In this document: one piece after another, positions 9,326 to 19,449 of the stretch
How the letters are laid out: each line of letters begins with the position of its first letter
Position numbering within the stretch: the stretch's first letter is position 1
Assembly: GCA_965644315.1 (NCBI GenBank)
Contig: CBFFRQ010000212.1
Span: forward strand, 72,090-136,089
Reading direction: 5' to 3'
DNA from: Caecitellus pseudoparvulus
Lineage: Eukaryota; Protista; Bigyra: Bicosoecida
Length of the DNA: 64,000 nt
Notes under the pieces: generated by a model
Databases searched by the model: none
What the model was told of the DNA's origin: nothing
The model's input: only the letters and a program-made list of their open reading frames with translations
Position numbers and translations under genes: made by a program

Positions 9326-9909
9326 GGGGGACAATAAATCCATAAATGAATTTATGAGCGATATGTCTCAACTGCTGCCGCAGTTTGCGACTAAAAACAG
9401 ATATATTTTTATACTATATTTTTAGACTATATCTATAAATATTATTCTTAGATATATTTATATTATATCTATAACACTTATTAGACACTATCCCTATAAA
9501 AACAATCTCTTATAAACCCTTTAATATATTTTTTACTTACTTTTTACTACTATTTTATAAGTGTTATCTTAAGGGTTATCACTACAATAAATAGAAATAA
9601 TATAAAAAATATAATAAATATATATATATATATTTTTTCTGAGACTATTCTTAGCCCTTATCTGACAATCAGTCAAAACAAAATTGAAGCAATCAACCAT
9701 CCATCCAAACACCCTATTTTAGAAACAATCAAAGGAGGCGAAATGACAAAATAAAAAGATACATTTTAAATCACTTATTCATATATCATTTAACACTAAA
9801 TCCATTATAACCCTTAACACTTAATCACTAAATCACTTAATCACTAAATCAGACATAGCGTGGGGCGTGTGCGAATATATAATAAAAAACACTCTCTCAC
9901 ATTTTAAAA
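9326..9909 (+). repeat. Left terminal inverted repeat (584 bp)
   Basis: Reverse complement of 31908-32491; one mismatch seen (9766/32051). Confidence 0.95.
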
Positions 9910-9998
9910 TATAAAATATGAAAATCATAAAAATATATCTATGATAAAATATCTAAGAAAATTTCAAAAATCTCTAGAAAAAAAAATTCTAAAATAAA

Positions 9999-10035
9999 AA
10001 AATATGTTTAAAGAAAAAATATTTTATCTAGTATA
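9999..10035 (+). promoter_or_regulatory. 37-bp TCTA-containing promoter cassette (identical copies at 12070-12106 and 12964-13000)
   Basis: AAAATATGTTTAAAGAAAAAATATTTTATCTAGTATA just upstream of three ATGs; variant upstream of 31871 on the minus strand. Confidence 0.8.
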
Positions 10036-10042
10036 TTATATA

Positions 10043-11764
10043 ATGGATATTCAACAACCAAAATTCGCAATTGATAAACTTATTAAAATGTATGAAGAAG
10101 AAGCAATAGAAGACTTAATAAAAAAAGCACGTAATAAGAATATAACAGATGATGATTTATTATTAAAATGTAAAGACTATATATCTAAAACCATTTTTAA
10201 ATGTGAAGATGCCGAAAAATACATAGTTAATGATAAATTCATATCTGATAAAATTTTTAATAAAAAATTACAAGTGTTCCCTAAGCCTTTAAAGTATTGG
10301 TTCAAAAATTCATATATTGGATTTAAAAAAGCAGTTGTTAAATTTCATCACGAAGAATTAAAAGAAAACGAATTTAACTTATTACCACCTCTCAAATTTA
10401 AACCTGAACCATACGAACAAACATCAGACGATTTAAAAGAGAAAGTTGATTATTTATTAAAAAATTATTTCTTACGTGTCTTATCAAATGGAAACGAGGA
10501 GAATTATAATTATTTAATTAAATGGATAGCTAATATGGTTCAAGGTAATAAAAATACGTCTATGATAGTTTTAAAAGGTCCTGAAGGTTGCGGTAAATCT
10601 ACATTAATTAGATTTATTGAAGATATGCTAGGGCTTAAGAATGTTATTAATTCATCATCTCAACCACTAATTGAAAAATTTAATATGGAACTAATGGCTA
10701 AAGTTTGCGTATACTTTGAAGAACTCACAGGAGGAACAACAAGAGGACAAAAAGCAGCAGCAGCAGCAAGACTAAGAGATTATATCACGAATCCATATTT
10801 AAACTATGAAGAGAAAAATAAAAACCCATTAGAAAATATTAAGAATGTTTCAAATTTTATTTCTCTATCAAATGAATATTACGCAATTAAAGACGACCAA
10901 GGCAGACGATATTTTATTTTAGATATTGACTCAAGCTTATTAGGCAATAATGAATACTGGGATAATATTCATAATAATTATGTTCATAATGAAAAAATTT
11001 CAAAAGCATTATTTAATTTTTTTAGTAGTGTTGATATTTCAGATTTTCAACCACTTAAAATGCCTATAACTGATTCAAAAATTAAAGCTCATTTAAAATC
11101 TTTTGACCCTTATATATCATTCATAAGAGAAAAATATTTATTTAAAAATAAAGGAATAGAAAAAATAAAATGTAGAGATTTATTTTTAAAATATGCCACC
11201 TATTATGAAAAGGTATATAAAGAAACTATAAACACTAAATCACGTAAAACATCAGTTTTTTTCTATGATAGGTTAGAACATTGGGGGATAAAAAAATATT
11301 CTAAAAAATTAGACGGTTGTAATATTTATAAAATTTCATTTGAGGAATTAAAGAAAATATCAGAAAATTATAAATGGAACTTTAAATCAGACTATGAAGA
11401 CGAAGAAGACGAAGAAGACGAAGAAGAAGACGAAGAAGAAATAGATTTTCAAGAAGAAGAAACAGAAAATAACCACAAACCAGATTATAAATATCAAGCG
11501 TTAAAATATAAAAAAATGTATGTAGAACAAGCACAAGAACTAAAAAAATTAAAGGAAGAATTAAGAGCGTTAAAATTAAATATTATTAAAAAAGAAGAGG
11601 ATAAATACGAGGATGACAGCGAAGATGAAGACAGCGACGATGAAGAAGAGATAATAACTTTATCAGATAAACACCAGAAATTAAATAAAAGTTTAAGTAG
11701 TATGACAGCGGATAAAATGTCTAAGAATTCAGAACCACAAGATTTATTTAAAATTTCAATATAA
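10043..11764 (+). CDS. Superfamily 3 helicase (D5-like primase-helicase C-terminal type)
   Basis: YLIKWIA, Walker A GPEGCGKST, FN..L, FEE, LSN, GRRY; acidic tail; ATG 10043 follows the promoter cassette. Confidence 0.85.
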   Translation: MDIQQPKFAIDKLIKMYEEEAIEDLIKKARNKNITDDDLLLKCKDYISKTIFKCEDAEKYIVNDKFISDKIFNKKLQVFPKPLKYWFKNSYIGFKKAVVKFHHEELKENEFNLLPPLKFKPEPYEQTSDDLKEKVDYLLKNYFLRVLSNGNEENYNYLIKWIANMVQGNKNTSMIVLKGPEGCGKSTLIRFIEDMLGLKNVINSSSQPLIEKFNMELMAKVCVYFEELTGGTTRGQKAAAAARLRDYITNPYLNYEEKNKNPLENIKNVSNFISLSNEYYAIKDDQGRRYFILDIDSSLLGNNEYWDNIHNNYVHNEKISKALFNFFSSVDISDFQPLKMPITDSKIKAHLKSFDPYISFIREKYLFKNKGIEKIKCRDLFLKYATYYEKVYKETINTKSRKTSVFFYDRLEHWGIKKYSKKLDGCNIYKISFEELKKISENYKWNFKSDYEDEEDEEDEEEDEEEIDFQEEETENNHKPDYKYQALKYKKMYVEQAQELKKLKEELRALKLNIIKKEEDKYEDDSEDEDSDDEEEIITLSDKHQKLNKSLSSMTADKMSKNSEPQDLFKISI

Positions 11765-11806
11765 GATTTTTAATATTTAAGAAAAATAATTTTCTATATT
11801 CAATTA

Positions 11807-12055
11807 ATGAATATTGAAAATTCTTTAAAACCAGAATCAGGAGAAAAGAAAATAACACCATCAAAAGAACCAGAAAAAGTCAAAGAATATAATAAGAAAT
11901 ATTACGAAAAAAACAAAGACCGAATTTTAAAACAAATGAACCGGGTTATAAGGTGTGATATTTGCGATAAAGACGTTAAATTTTATAATTACCCTAAACA
12001 CTGCCGAGGATTAAAGCATAAACACTTAAAGATAATGAAAGCTTTTGAAAATTAA
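11807..12055 (+). CDS. Small basic zinc-finger protein
   Basis: KEYNKKYYEKNK helix then CDIC..x12..H..x5..H. Confidence 0.65.
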   Translation: MNIENSLKPESGEKKITPSKEPEKVKEYNKKYYEKNKDRILKQMNRVIRCDICDKDVKFYNYPKHCRGLKHKHLKIMKAFEN

Positions 12056-13000
12056 AAAAATATCTAAATAAAATATGTTTAAAGAAAAAATATTTTATCT
12101 AGTATATTATATATAATGGATTTTATGAATTTTTTTCAAGGTTCTTTATTTTCTAATTTAGAAAATAACAACGTATTTTATGATAGATATAAAAATAAAT
12201 ATAATATTGTTTGTATAAAATATGATATGAAAGATATTAAAGAAGACCCACATAATGAGAAATGGAATTATGATTTCGTTTCTGGATTAAAAGATTTAGA
12301 TTTAAGCTTCGTCAAAGAATACCCCGATAAAGACTGGTGTTATTTCTCATTATCAAAACTAATAAAAAATAAAAAAGATTTTGAATTCGTGAAAAAATGT
12401 CCGGATAAAGACTGGTATTATTTCTCATTATCAAAATTTATAAAAAATAAAGAAGATTTTGAATTCGTCAAAGAATACCCGGATAAAAATTGGGATTTTA
12501 AATATTTTTCAAATTTGAATTTTATAAATAGTAATATCATAAATTCTATTCATTCTGAGAAATGGAACAAAAACGAATTATTATTTAATGATAATTTTGA
12601 TATAAGCTGGGTTAATGAATGTCAAAATATAAAATGGAAATTTGGATTAATAACATTATCTAGAAATTTTAATATAGAATGGTTATATAAATATCCACGT
12701 AAAAAATGGGATATATCATCAATTGAAAAAAAGGATTGTTTCTTTTATGATTTAATATCAATTTTTCCACATTTCAAATGGTCTTCTAAAATACTAAACG
12801 ATTATAAACAAATTCAACAACATAAAGAAGAACATAAAATAAATTATAAAGAGGTATTAAATGAATTCTTAGCGGTGATTTATCATCCAGATAATGCGGA
12901 ACGTTTAGGATTATTTGATAATGTTTCAAAAGATGATTTTGAAAATTAAAAAAATATCTAAATAAAATATGTTTAAAGAAAAAATATTTTATCTAGTATA
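12043..13000 (+). repeat. 64-bp perfect direct repeat (12043-12106 / 12937-13000) bracketing the repeat-protein gene
   Basis: Includes FEN-stop codons plus the promoter cassette; read directly. Confidence 0.9.
12116..12949 (+). CDS. Trp-rich repeat protein (FVKxxPDKDW repeats), paralog 1
   Basis: ~25-aa repeats; C-terminal YHPDNAERLGLF shared with 31092..31871 and 30529..31065. Confidence 0.75.
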   Translation: MDFMNFFQGSLFSNLENNNVFYDRYKNKYNIVCIKYDMKDIKEDPHNEKWNYDFVSGLKDLDLSFVKEYPDKDWCYFSLSKLIKNKKDFEFVKKCPDKDWYYFSLSKFIKNKEDFEFVKEYPDKNWDFKYFSNLNFINSNIINSIHSEKWNKNELLFNDNFDISWVNECQNIKWKFGLITLSRNFNIEWLYKYPRKKWDISSIEKKDCFFYDLISIFPHFKWSSKILNDYKQIQQHKEEHKINYKEVLNEFLAVIYHPDNAERLGLFDNVSKDDFEN

Positions 13001-13009
13001 ATATATATA

Positions 13010-14965
13010 ATGGCTCAACAACAAAAACCCACATTCACACAAAGTGAAAATATAGCAGCTAAGACATTTAAAGCATTCAACCAGAAAACAAAGAAATATA
13101 AAGATGGAGATTTAAAAATATCTTTATTTGGAGTTTCTGATAATGACGAAAGCGATTATTTAAATTTTGATGACACAATTGATAACCCTGAAGATTTAAA
13201 ATATTATTCTCAGGCAGTAAGAGAGCAATTAAAGGGGACAACAATAAAAACCACTCAAAATTATTTAAATGTATTATCTAAACTAGCACAATATAAAAAT
13301 TTAGATTATAATATAAGCGTTTTATTTTCTATTGGATGGCGTAATATTTCCAATGGTTGGAAGAATCCAGGACAAAGAATCAAAATAAAAGATTTCTTTA
13401 ATCAATACAACGCACCAAATATTAAATATGTTTATGGTGTATGTATTACAACAAAACCACATATAGAAGCAGAAGAAGCAGAAGCAGGGGCGAACAGTGA
13501 ATATAACGATTGTTTATATTTATCTATCAGGCGAGTAATAGGGCAAGACAGGATGAAACCTTTTACAACTGCGGGACGTTTAAAGAATTTTTTAAATTTA
13601 GATAGAAAAGATAAAGTGCCATTAAAGGACATTTCAAAAATAGAAGATAAATTAAATATTAATATTAATATTTATGGTTTTGAGAATCCTATTTTATCAA
13701 CCAAATCAAACTCACAAACAGTTAATTTACAATACAAAGACGGACATTTAAAAAATAAATATAATAAAAGAAAAGGATTATCAGGAATCAAAAAACATAA
13801 ATCAGATTTAAAAATTATCATATATCAGGAAAATTTAGATTTCATTATTTATTATGATGGAATCACAGAAGAAAAGACCGATAAGATAACCTTTTATAAA
13901 GACATCTATAAAAAACATTTTCATTTTTACCAATCCAACACAAAGAATGATATTAAATCAGAGTATGAAAAATATAAGAATGATATTAACGAAATTAAAA
14001 AAGATGTTGATATATTAAAATTCAAATCAATCTCAGATTTTATTAAAAATGAATGTTATTATATTTCTCAAAAATTAAACATTGAACCTTTAGAAAATCC
14101 ATTAGAAATCCATTTTTTAAATAAATGTTTCAGTGGTGGTTTAATCCATTGTAAGAAAGGAAAATATAAAAATGTTAAATGTTATGATATTAACAGCCAA
14201 TATCCCTATATTTTACAACATCAACATTTTTTAATGCCAACTAAAACAGGCAAATTTGAGAAATTAACAGAAACTCCAAAGTTTTATAGATTTGGAATTT
14301 ATAGAGCAAGAATAACAGGAAAAATAGACGATGCCTTATTTAATGTGAAACAATCTAATTTTTACACTAGCTATGAATTAACCAGAGCAAAAGAACTAAA
14401 TTATAATATTGAATTAATCCAAGATGGAAGATATAATTTTTTATTCTATGATTCTAAAAGCCGTGTTAATGGTTCAATGGTGTTTAAAGATTATATTAAA
14501 AAGATGATAACATTAAAACAAACCTTTAAAAATAATCAAATCCCTAAGATGTTATTAAATCGTTTATGGGGTTTGTTATGTTCTAAGAATTTTAAAATAA
14601 CATCATTAAAAACATATAATCAAAGTATAAACAATATTAATTTTATCCATCCTTCTAATGATAATAAAGAATATGTAGTAAATTACAGCCCAGATAATCC
14701 ATTTAATACCGATTTAAGCCGCTTAAGTTGCTTTCTCACAGCTAAAGGGCGTGTTTTAATATCTTCAATAATTGAAAAATACGTAAAAGACACAAGTAAA
14801 ATATATAGAATTCACACAGACGGATTTATAACCGATAAAAACATTATCATTAATAAAATTAAAGGATTAGGAAAAGATGAATTAAGTAATAATGAACTAG
14901 GAGGATTAAAAATAGAATATGAAAAAGATAAAATCAAAATAGTTAATGTTAATAAAATAATCTAA
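13010..14965 (+). CDS. polB: Protein-primed-type family B DNA polymerase, divergent
   Basis: FSGG, YDINSQYP (motif A), KMLLNRLWG (motif B), IHTDG (motif C), LGGLKIE; no recognisable exonuclease motifs. Confidence 0.8.
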   Translation: MAQQQKPTFTQSENIAAKTFKAFNQKTKKYKDGDLKISLFGVSDNDESDYLNFDDTIDNPEDLKYYSQAVREQLKGTTIKTTQNYLNVLSKLAQYKNLDYNISVLFSIGWRNISNGWKNPGQRIKIKDFFNQYNAPNIKYVYGVCITTKPHIEAEEAEAGANSEYNDCLYLSIRRVIGQDRMKPFTTAGRLKNFLNLDRKDKVPLKDISKIEDKLNININIYGFENPILSTKSNSQTVNLQYKDGHLKNKYNKRKGLSGIKKHKSDLKIIIYQENLDFIIYYDGITEEKTDKITFYKDIYKKHFHFYQSNTKNDIKSEYEKYKNDINEIKKDVDILKFKSISDFIKNECYYISQKLNIEPLENPLEIHFLNKCFSGGLIHCKKGKYKNVKCYDINSQYPYILQHQHFLMPTKTGKFEKLTETPKFYRFGIYRARITGKIDDALFNVKQSNFYTSYELTRAKELNYNIELIQDGRYNFLFYDSKSRVNGSMVFKDYIKKMITLKQTFKNNQIPKMLLNRLWGLLCSKNFKITSLKTYNQSINNINFIHPSNDNKEYVVNYSPDNPFNTDLSRLSCFLTAKGRVLISSIIEKYVKDTSKIYRIHTDGFITDKNIIINKIKGLGKDELSNNELGGLKIEYEKDKIKIVNVNKII

Positions 14966-15001
14966 AAATACTATAAAGAATCTAACAAAAGATTTTTTAT
15001 A

Positions 15002-17008
15002 ATGTTATTTAATATGAACTTGAATAAATTGAAAAAACAGGATTTAAAAGAGTTTTTTAAATATCAATATGGAAAATATCCACCCTCAAATTTTAAAAAG
15101 AAAGATATTATAACAGTTTTAAGCCACGACATACAAACAGGAGCAGGAATAAAAGATTTTTTCAGAAGCAAAGCAAATTCAACATTTTCATTTTTAAAGA
15201 AAGGTTATAACAAGGTAAAAGACACATTTAAACCAGTTCAAAAAATAGAAGATACAATAACAAAGCCTTTTGATTATAGAACACGTTTAACAAATGAAAG
15301 CAGACGAACATTAGAAGAAGTAGGAGATAAAGTAATTAATAATATAACAATTATAAAAACACCAGTAAATAAAACGTTAGTCAGTATTTTAGATAAATTA
15401 TCATTTGGATATTTTAAACGATTAATGGAAAATCACGGATTTGATAAATTTTTTCATTTAGCCTTAGTTTTATCAATAGATGGGCGATATGTTATTTTAG
15501 AGAAACTAGCCGAGGTTAATATATCATTCAATTATAAAAAGTCATATACAGAATTAAGCGAGGCAACAACAGTTGAAAACTATAAAGGAGGTTTAACATT
15601 AAATCAAATGGTGAATAAAACCCGAGAATTTATGGGCGATAAATTATTTTTTGACTATGACGCCTTCACTAATAATTGTCAAAATTTTATTATGTCAGTA
15701 TTAACGGCAAACGGGCTTGACAACCAAAGAAATAAAGAATTTGTTTTTCAGGATATTAAAGAGATTTATAATGAATTAGAAAAGAAAGCGTCTTATTTAT
15801 CACCTTTCGCTAAAATGACAACACGTTTAGGGGCTTGGTGGAATAAACTAACAGGAGCCGGAAAAAATCAAGCTGATATATTAACAAAGAAAAAACCTAT
15901 AAACTATGGAATAGAAACAAACGAAATTATTAAAATGTTATCATTCAATTATAAAAATGTTGAAGTTATGGGCTCATCAGCTATTAAGGCTACTTTATAT
16001 CCTTCTGATTTTGATTTATACGAGGTTATAAAGGTTAAAAACTTAAAAGATTTAGAAAATAAATTTCAAGATAAAGTATTAAAAATAGTTCAATCTAAAA
16101 ATATATATTTAGGCGATGTTAAAATAGGAGAGTTTCCAGAATTTAAAATTTTAAACAATGATATATATTATAAAAACGGGCGATTAATAGGATATAACCA
16201 AAAACAAATTAAGAAAGATATAAAAGATAAATTATATTTTTTAACAAAACAAGAAAAACAAGAATTATTAAAACTCATTAAAGCAAAACCAACACCCGAC
16301 GAATTAGATATTATAAAAAATAAATTAAGATATCATATTTTAAGATGGACTCCAGAAGAAATATTGAACGGTTCTAAAGAATTATCAAAAAATAAATATA
16401 TTAGTTTATTAGATGCTTTTAAAAGTGATGGATTATTTAAATTAGACGTTGTAGGATTTACCAGAAATAAATTTATTGACTTTTCTATAATCTATGAATT
16501 ACGAGACGAGAAAACAAATAAAAGAATAAATAATTTTATGGTTAATGTGAAAGATAATTTAAACGACCAAATAAGAACATATAAAATAAAGGGTCAATAT
16601 TTCAAAGCTCTAAAGCGTGAATACTCAAAATTAAAACATACTTTCACATATACAAAAAATAAAGAAACCAAAGAAAAAGCATTAAGAAGATTAAAAGAAC
16701 TAACGGCATTTTTTAACGGTCAAGCAGGTATTATATATAGTGTTATTAATGATATTGAGGCGTTATTAAATGTTATGAAAATATCTAAAACTGAATATTC
16801 AAATAATGAAAAAATAATAAATGTTATAGAAAGTTTTATATATAGATTATCTAATATTTATTCTGTTAATGAATATTTAAGAAATGAAAAGAATATTTTA
16901 TTAAGCATAAAAGCAATATTGAGACATCCTGATAATATGGAGGAAAACTTACAAGATTTACAAAATATATTATTTAAGATATTAAATAAATTTTCTAAAT
17001 CTATATAA
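15002..17008 (+). CDS. Fusion: permuted papain-like peptidase domain plus Pol-beta-type nucleotidyltransferase
   Basis: FFHLAL...YDAFTNNCQNF (His before Cys); VMGSS..x..YPSDFD and KLDVV NTase motifs. Confidence 0.6.
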   Translation: MLFNMNLNKLKKQDLKEFFKYQYGKYPPSNFKKKDIITVLSHDIQTGAGIKDFFRSKANSTFSFLKKGYNKVKDTFKPVQKIEDTITKPFDYRTRLTNESRRTLEEVGDKVINNITIIKTPVNKTLVSILDKLSFGYFKRLMENHGFDKFFHLALVLSIDGRYVILEKLAEVNISFNYKKSYTELSEATTVENYKGGLTLNQMVNKTREFMGDKLFFDYDAFTNNCQNFIMSVLTANGLDNQRNKEFVFQDIKEIYNELEKKASYLSPFAKMTTRLGAWWNKLTGAGKNQADILTKKKPINYGIETNEIIKMLSFNYKNVEVMGSSAIKATLYPSDFDLYEVIKVKNLKDLENKFQDKVLKIVQSKNIYLGDVKIGEFPEFKILNNDIYYKNGRLIGYNQKQIKKDIKDKLYFLTKQEKQELLKLIKAKPTPDELDIIKNKLRYHILRWTPEEILNGSKELSKNKYISLLDAFKSDGLFKLDVVGFTRNKFIDFSIIYELRDEKTNKRINNFMVNVKDNLNDQIRTYKIKGQYFKALKREYSKLKHTFTYTKNKETKEKALRRLKELTAFFNGQAGIIYSVINDIEALLNVMKISKTEYSNNEKIINVIESFIYRLSNIYSVNEYLRNEKNILLSIKAILRHPDNMEENLQDLQNILFKILNKFSKSI

Positions 17009-17607
17009 TGTCAATGAATAATAACGAAGTCAGAGAATTATTATTAAAACTCGAACAAAATAGAACGTTAGAAAATCAAAGCGGGGCGGGATGTTGTGAA
17101 GAAAGAACGGTAGGAGGTCAAGTTTACTACGGTGATTTAAAAAACAAAGAAAAAACATTCGATAATATTAATTATAAACGTTTAGACGGTTTATTAGGAA
17201 GCAATAGAAGCCTTGAAAAACCACCTAAACGAGGAGGTAGAGTTCAAGGCGATTTTTTAAATGGTGGAGCTACCAAACTAGGGGAAGAATACGCCCGGGA
17301 ATTACAAAAACATTTTAAGCATTTAGAAGGCGGGGAAAGCTTCTGGGATGGTTTCAAAAGAGGTTTTAACGCAGTATGGAAACCCGCAGGAAAAGTTATT
17401 AAAACAATTTCACCCGTGCTGCCATATGGTGATAAAATTAAAGCAGGTTTAGAAGCGGTAGGATATGGAAAAGCAAAAAAGAAAAAGCGTCAACCATCAG
17501 CAAAACAAAAAGCACGAGGACAATTAATAAAAGAATTAATGAAAAAATACGGCTTTACATTAGGTCAAGCCTCAAAATATATCAAAGAAAATAAATTAAT
17601 GGATTAA
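17008..17607 (+). CDS. Putative virion core/membrane-lytic precursor protein
   Basis: Several xxGG sites, LEGG|ESFWDGFKRGF amphipathic helix, basic C-terminus. Confidence 0.55.
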   Translation: MSMNNNEVRELLLKLEQNRTLENQSGAGCCEERTVGGQVYYGDLKNKEKTFDNINYKRLDGLLGSNRSLEKPPKRGGRVQGDFLNGGATKLGEEYARELQKHFKHLEGGESFWDGFKRGFNAVWKPAGKVIKTISPVLPYGDKIKAGLEAVGYGKAKKKKRQPSAKQKARGQLIKELMKKYGFTLGQASKYIKENKLMD

Positions 17608-17666
17608 ATATTTATTATAAATATCTAAATAATATAATATTAAAAAATATTATATAATTTATTATA

Positions 17667-19343
17667 ATGACAGAAAATAAATTTAATATGTTTCATAACG
17701 AACAGGCGGAACGTATGCGACGCCAAGTTATGGAAGGGTTAAAAAATACTCAAAACTATATTAATTATTCATTAAGGGGGCAATATCAAAACCAACCCAA
17801 GCCAAATCCAACAGGTAGTTTTAATCGTATGTCTTCTCATTCTTTTAATACTTCTAATTTATCACAAATGAAACAAATTGAAGATTTAACTGGAGGGGCA
17901 CAAACAAGAGAAGGGCATAATTTAATAATGAATCAATTAAAAAATAGGGCTTTACAATTAGAGCAATTAAGTGCAGGATTACCAGCACAACAAAGACAAC
18001 AACAAACAGCACAAGAAATACCCGATACCGTTTCAACCTCTTTTGAGTTATTCTTTAGTTCTTTAACAAGTGCTGATTTTTCTTTATCTTTCATCTCATC
18101 AATGAATAAAGACGCAAAACAGGCATTAGGCAATTTAAAAGCCTACGGTTTAGATTTAGATAAACAAACATTGGAAAGATACGCACAAATTACAGAAGCA
18201 CATTTAGATAATTATTTAACCAATATAGATGAATTGTATTTAGGGCGTGATATTTTCGGACCAAATCTAACAACTAAAACAGAAAAGAAAAAAGCTGGGG
18301 ATTTATACTTGGAATATTTAGAGCGTTTAGATTATTACGAGGTTATATTTAAAATTTATTTAACTTTACAAGCCCTTATTAATAGTTTTGGAACTTCACC
18401 AGATACCAGAAAACAGGCATTTAATGGAGAATTTAAAAATATTATTATGGCTCCGTTAGATAGTATCATAACTCCAGAAATACAAACCATAAACGAAGAA
18501 GCAAAAAAAGGCATAAAAACATTAAAAGACATTCTACCAAAAAACGCATATCAGGAAATAGAGGAATATTTCGAAAGTGAATCAGCAGCAGCACAAGCAG
18601 ACGGCACAGATTATTATAAATTAAGAAATTCTAAACCACGTTTAGTAGAAAGAATTAAGAAACTAGAGCAGAGAGCAAAGAAAGCAACAAAACAAACAGC
18701 GAATAAAATCAAAAAACAAATTGTAGAACTTCAAGAAGCAGTAGAAGAAGCATCAGACGAAGAGGACTCAGAAGACGATTTACCAGAAGCACCACAACCA
18801 CCCAGAACGAAACGAGCACAAACACCAGCAAAAGCAAGGGCACAAAAAGAACCAGCAGTTCCAGCAACACCTGCCCCAGTCGTTCCAGCTTCTCCTGTTT
18901 CTCCACTTGATGCGACAATCCGGCGACTATATGACGATTTACAAAGAAAAGAAAAACGATTATTAGACCATATAGAAAAATACGGGAACGATGATGAAGC
19001 TATTGAAAACAAAAGAGCCAGAAACCATAGAAAAGATTTAAGAAAGCAATACAACAAAGCAAAAAGAGACTTTGAAGCACAAGAAGAAGCACGGGAAAAA
19101 GCACGAGAAACACCAACCAAGCCACCAACCGAAGGTGTTAATAAGCCAAGTGGAGCTGCCGTAGATGATGAAACAGACGGAACAGGAGATGACGACGAAG
19201 GAACACTAGGAGATTTAGACCCATCATTATTTGGAGAAGGAATGAATCCCGCAAAATTCACAACTAATTTTTTAAAAGGTTCCGGACCAATGTTTAAACA
19301 AATAGAACAAGTCTTTAAAGGTAAAAGGCGTTTATGGAAATAA
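17667..19343 (+). CDS. Hypothetical coiled-coil virophage protein
   Basis: 558-aa ORF with charged coils and Pro/Ala linker, LTGG site. Confidence 0.65.
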   Translation: MTENKFNMFHNEQAERMRRQVMEGLKNTQNYINYSLRGQYQNQPKPNPTGSFNRMSSHSFNTSNLSQMKQIEDLTGGAQTREGHNLIMNQLKNRALQLEQLSAGLPAQQRQQQTAQEIPDTVSTSFELFFSSLTSADFSLSFISSMNKDAKQALGNLKAYGLDLDKQTLERYAQITEAHLDNYLTNIDELYLGRDIFGPNLTTKTEKKKAGDLYLEYLERLDYYEVIFKIYLTLQALINSFGTSPDTRKQAFNGEFKNIIMAPLDSIITPEIQTINEEAKKGIKTLKDILPKNAYQEIEEYFESESAAAQADGTDYYKLRNSKPRLVERIKKLEQRAKKATKQTANKIKKQIVELQEAVEEASDEEDSEDDLPEAPQPPRTKRAQTPAKARAQKEPAVPATPAPVVPASPVSPLDATIRRLYDDLQRKEKRLLDHIEKYGNDDEAIENKRARNHRKDLRKQYNKAKRDFEAQEEAREKARETPTKPPTEGVNKPSGAAVDDETDGTGDDDEGTLGDLDPSLFGEGMNPAKFTTNFLKGSGPMFKQIEQVFKGKRRLWK

Positions 19344-19433
19344 AAGATTTACAAAAACATTAAAAAACTTATAATAAAATATCTAGAAATTACAATATGA
19401 TATATAGTTTTTTTAAGTTTTTGTAAATCTTTT
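19342..19433. terminator. Intergenic stem-loop after ORF 17667
   Basis: AAAAGATTTACAAAAAC (19342-19358) pairs with GTTTTTGTAAATCTTTT (19417-19433); function inferred. Confidence 0.5.
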
Positions 19434-19449
19434 TTTCTAAATCTTAATA

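Noticed and set aside
10004-10042. Longer N-termini given by the ORF track (10004, also 707, 1627, 1909, 4966)
   Set aside because: Extensions run through promoter or hairpin sequence or use TTG starts; downstream ATGs fit better
11396-11460. GAAGAC-type tandem repeat
   Set aside because: Simply encodes the acidic tail of the helicase
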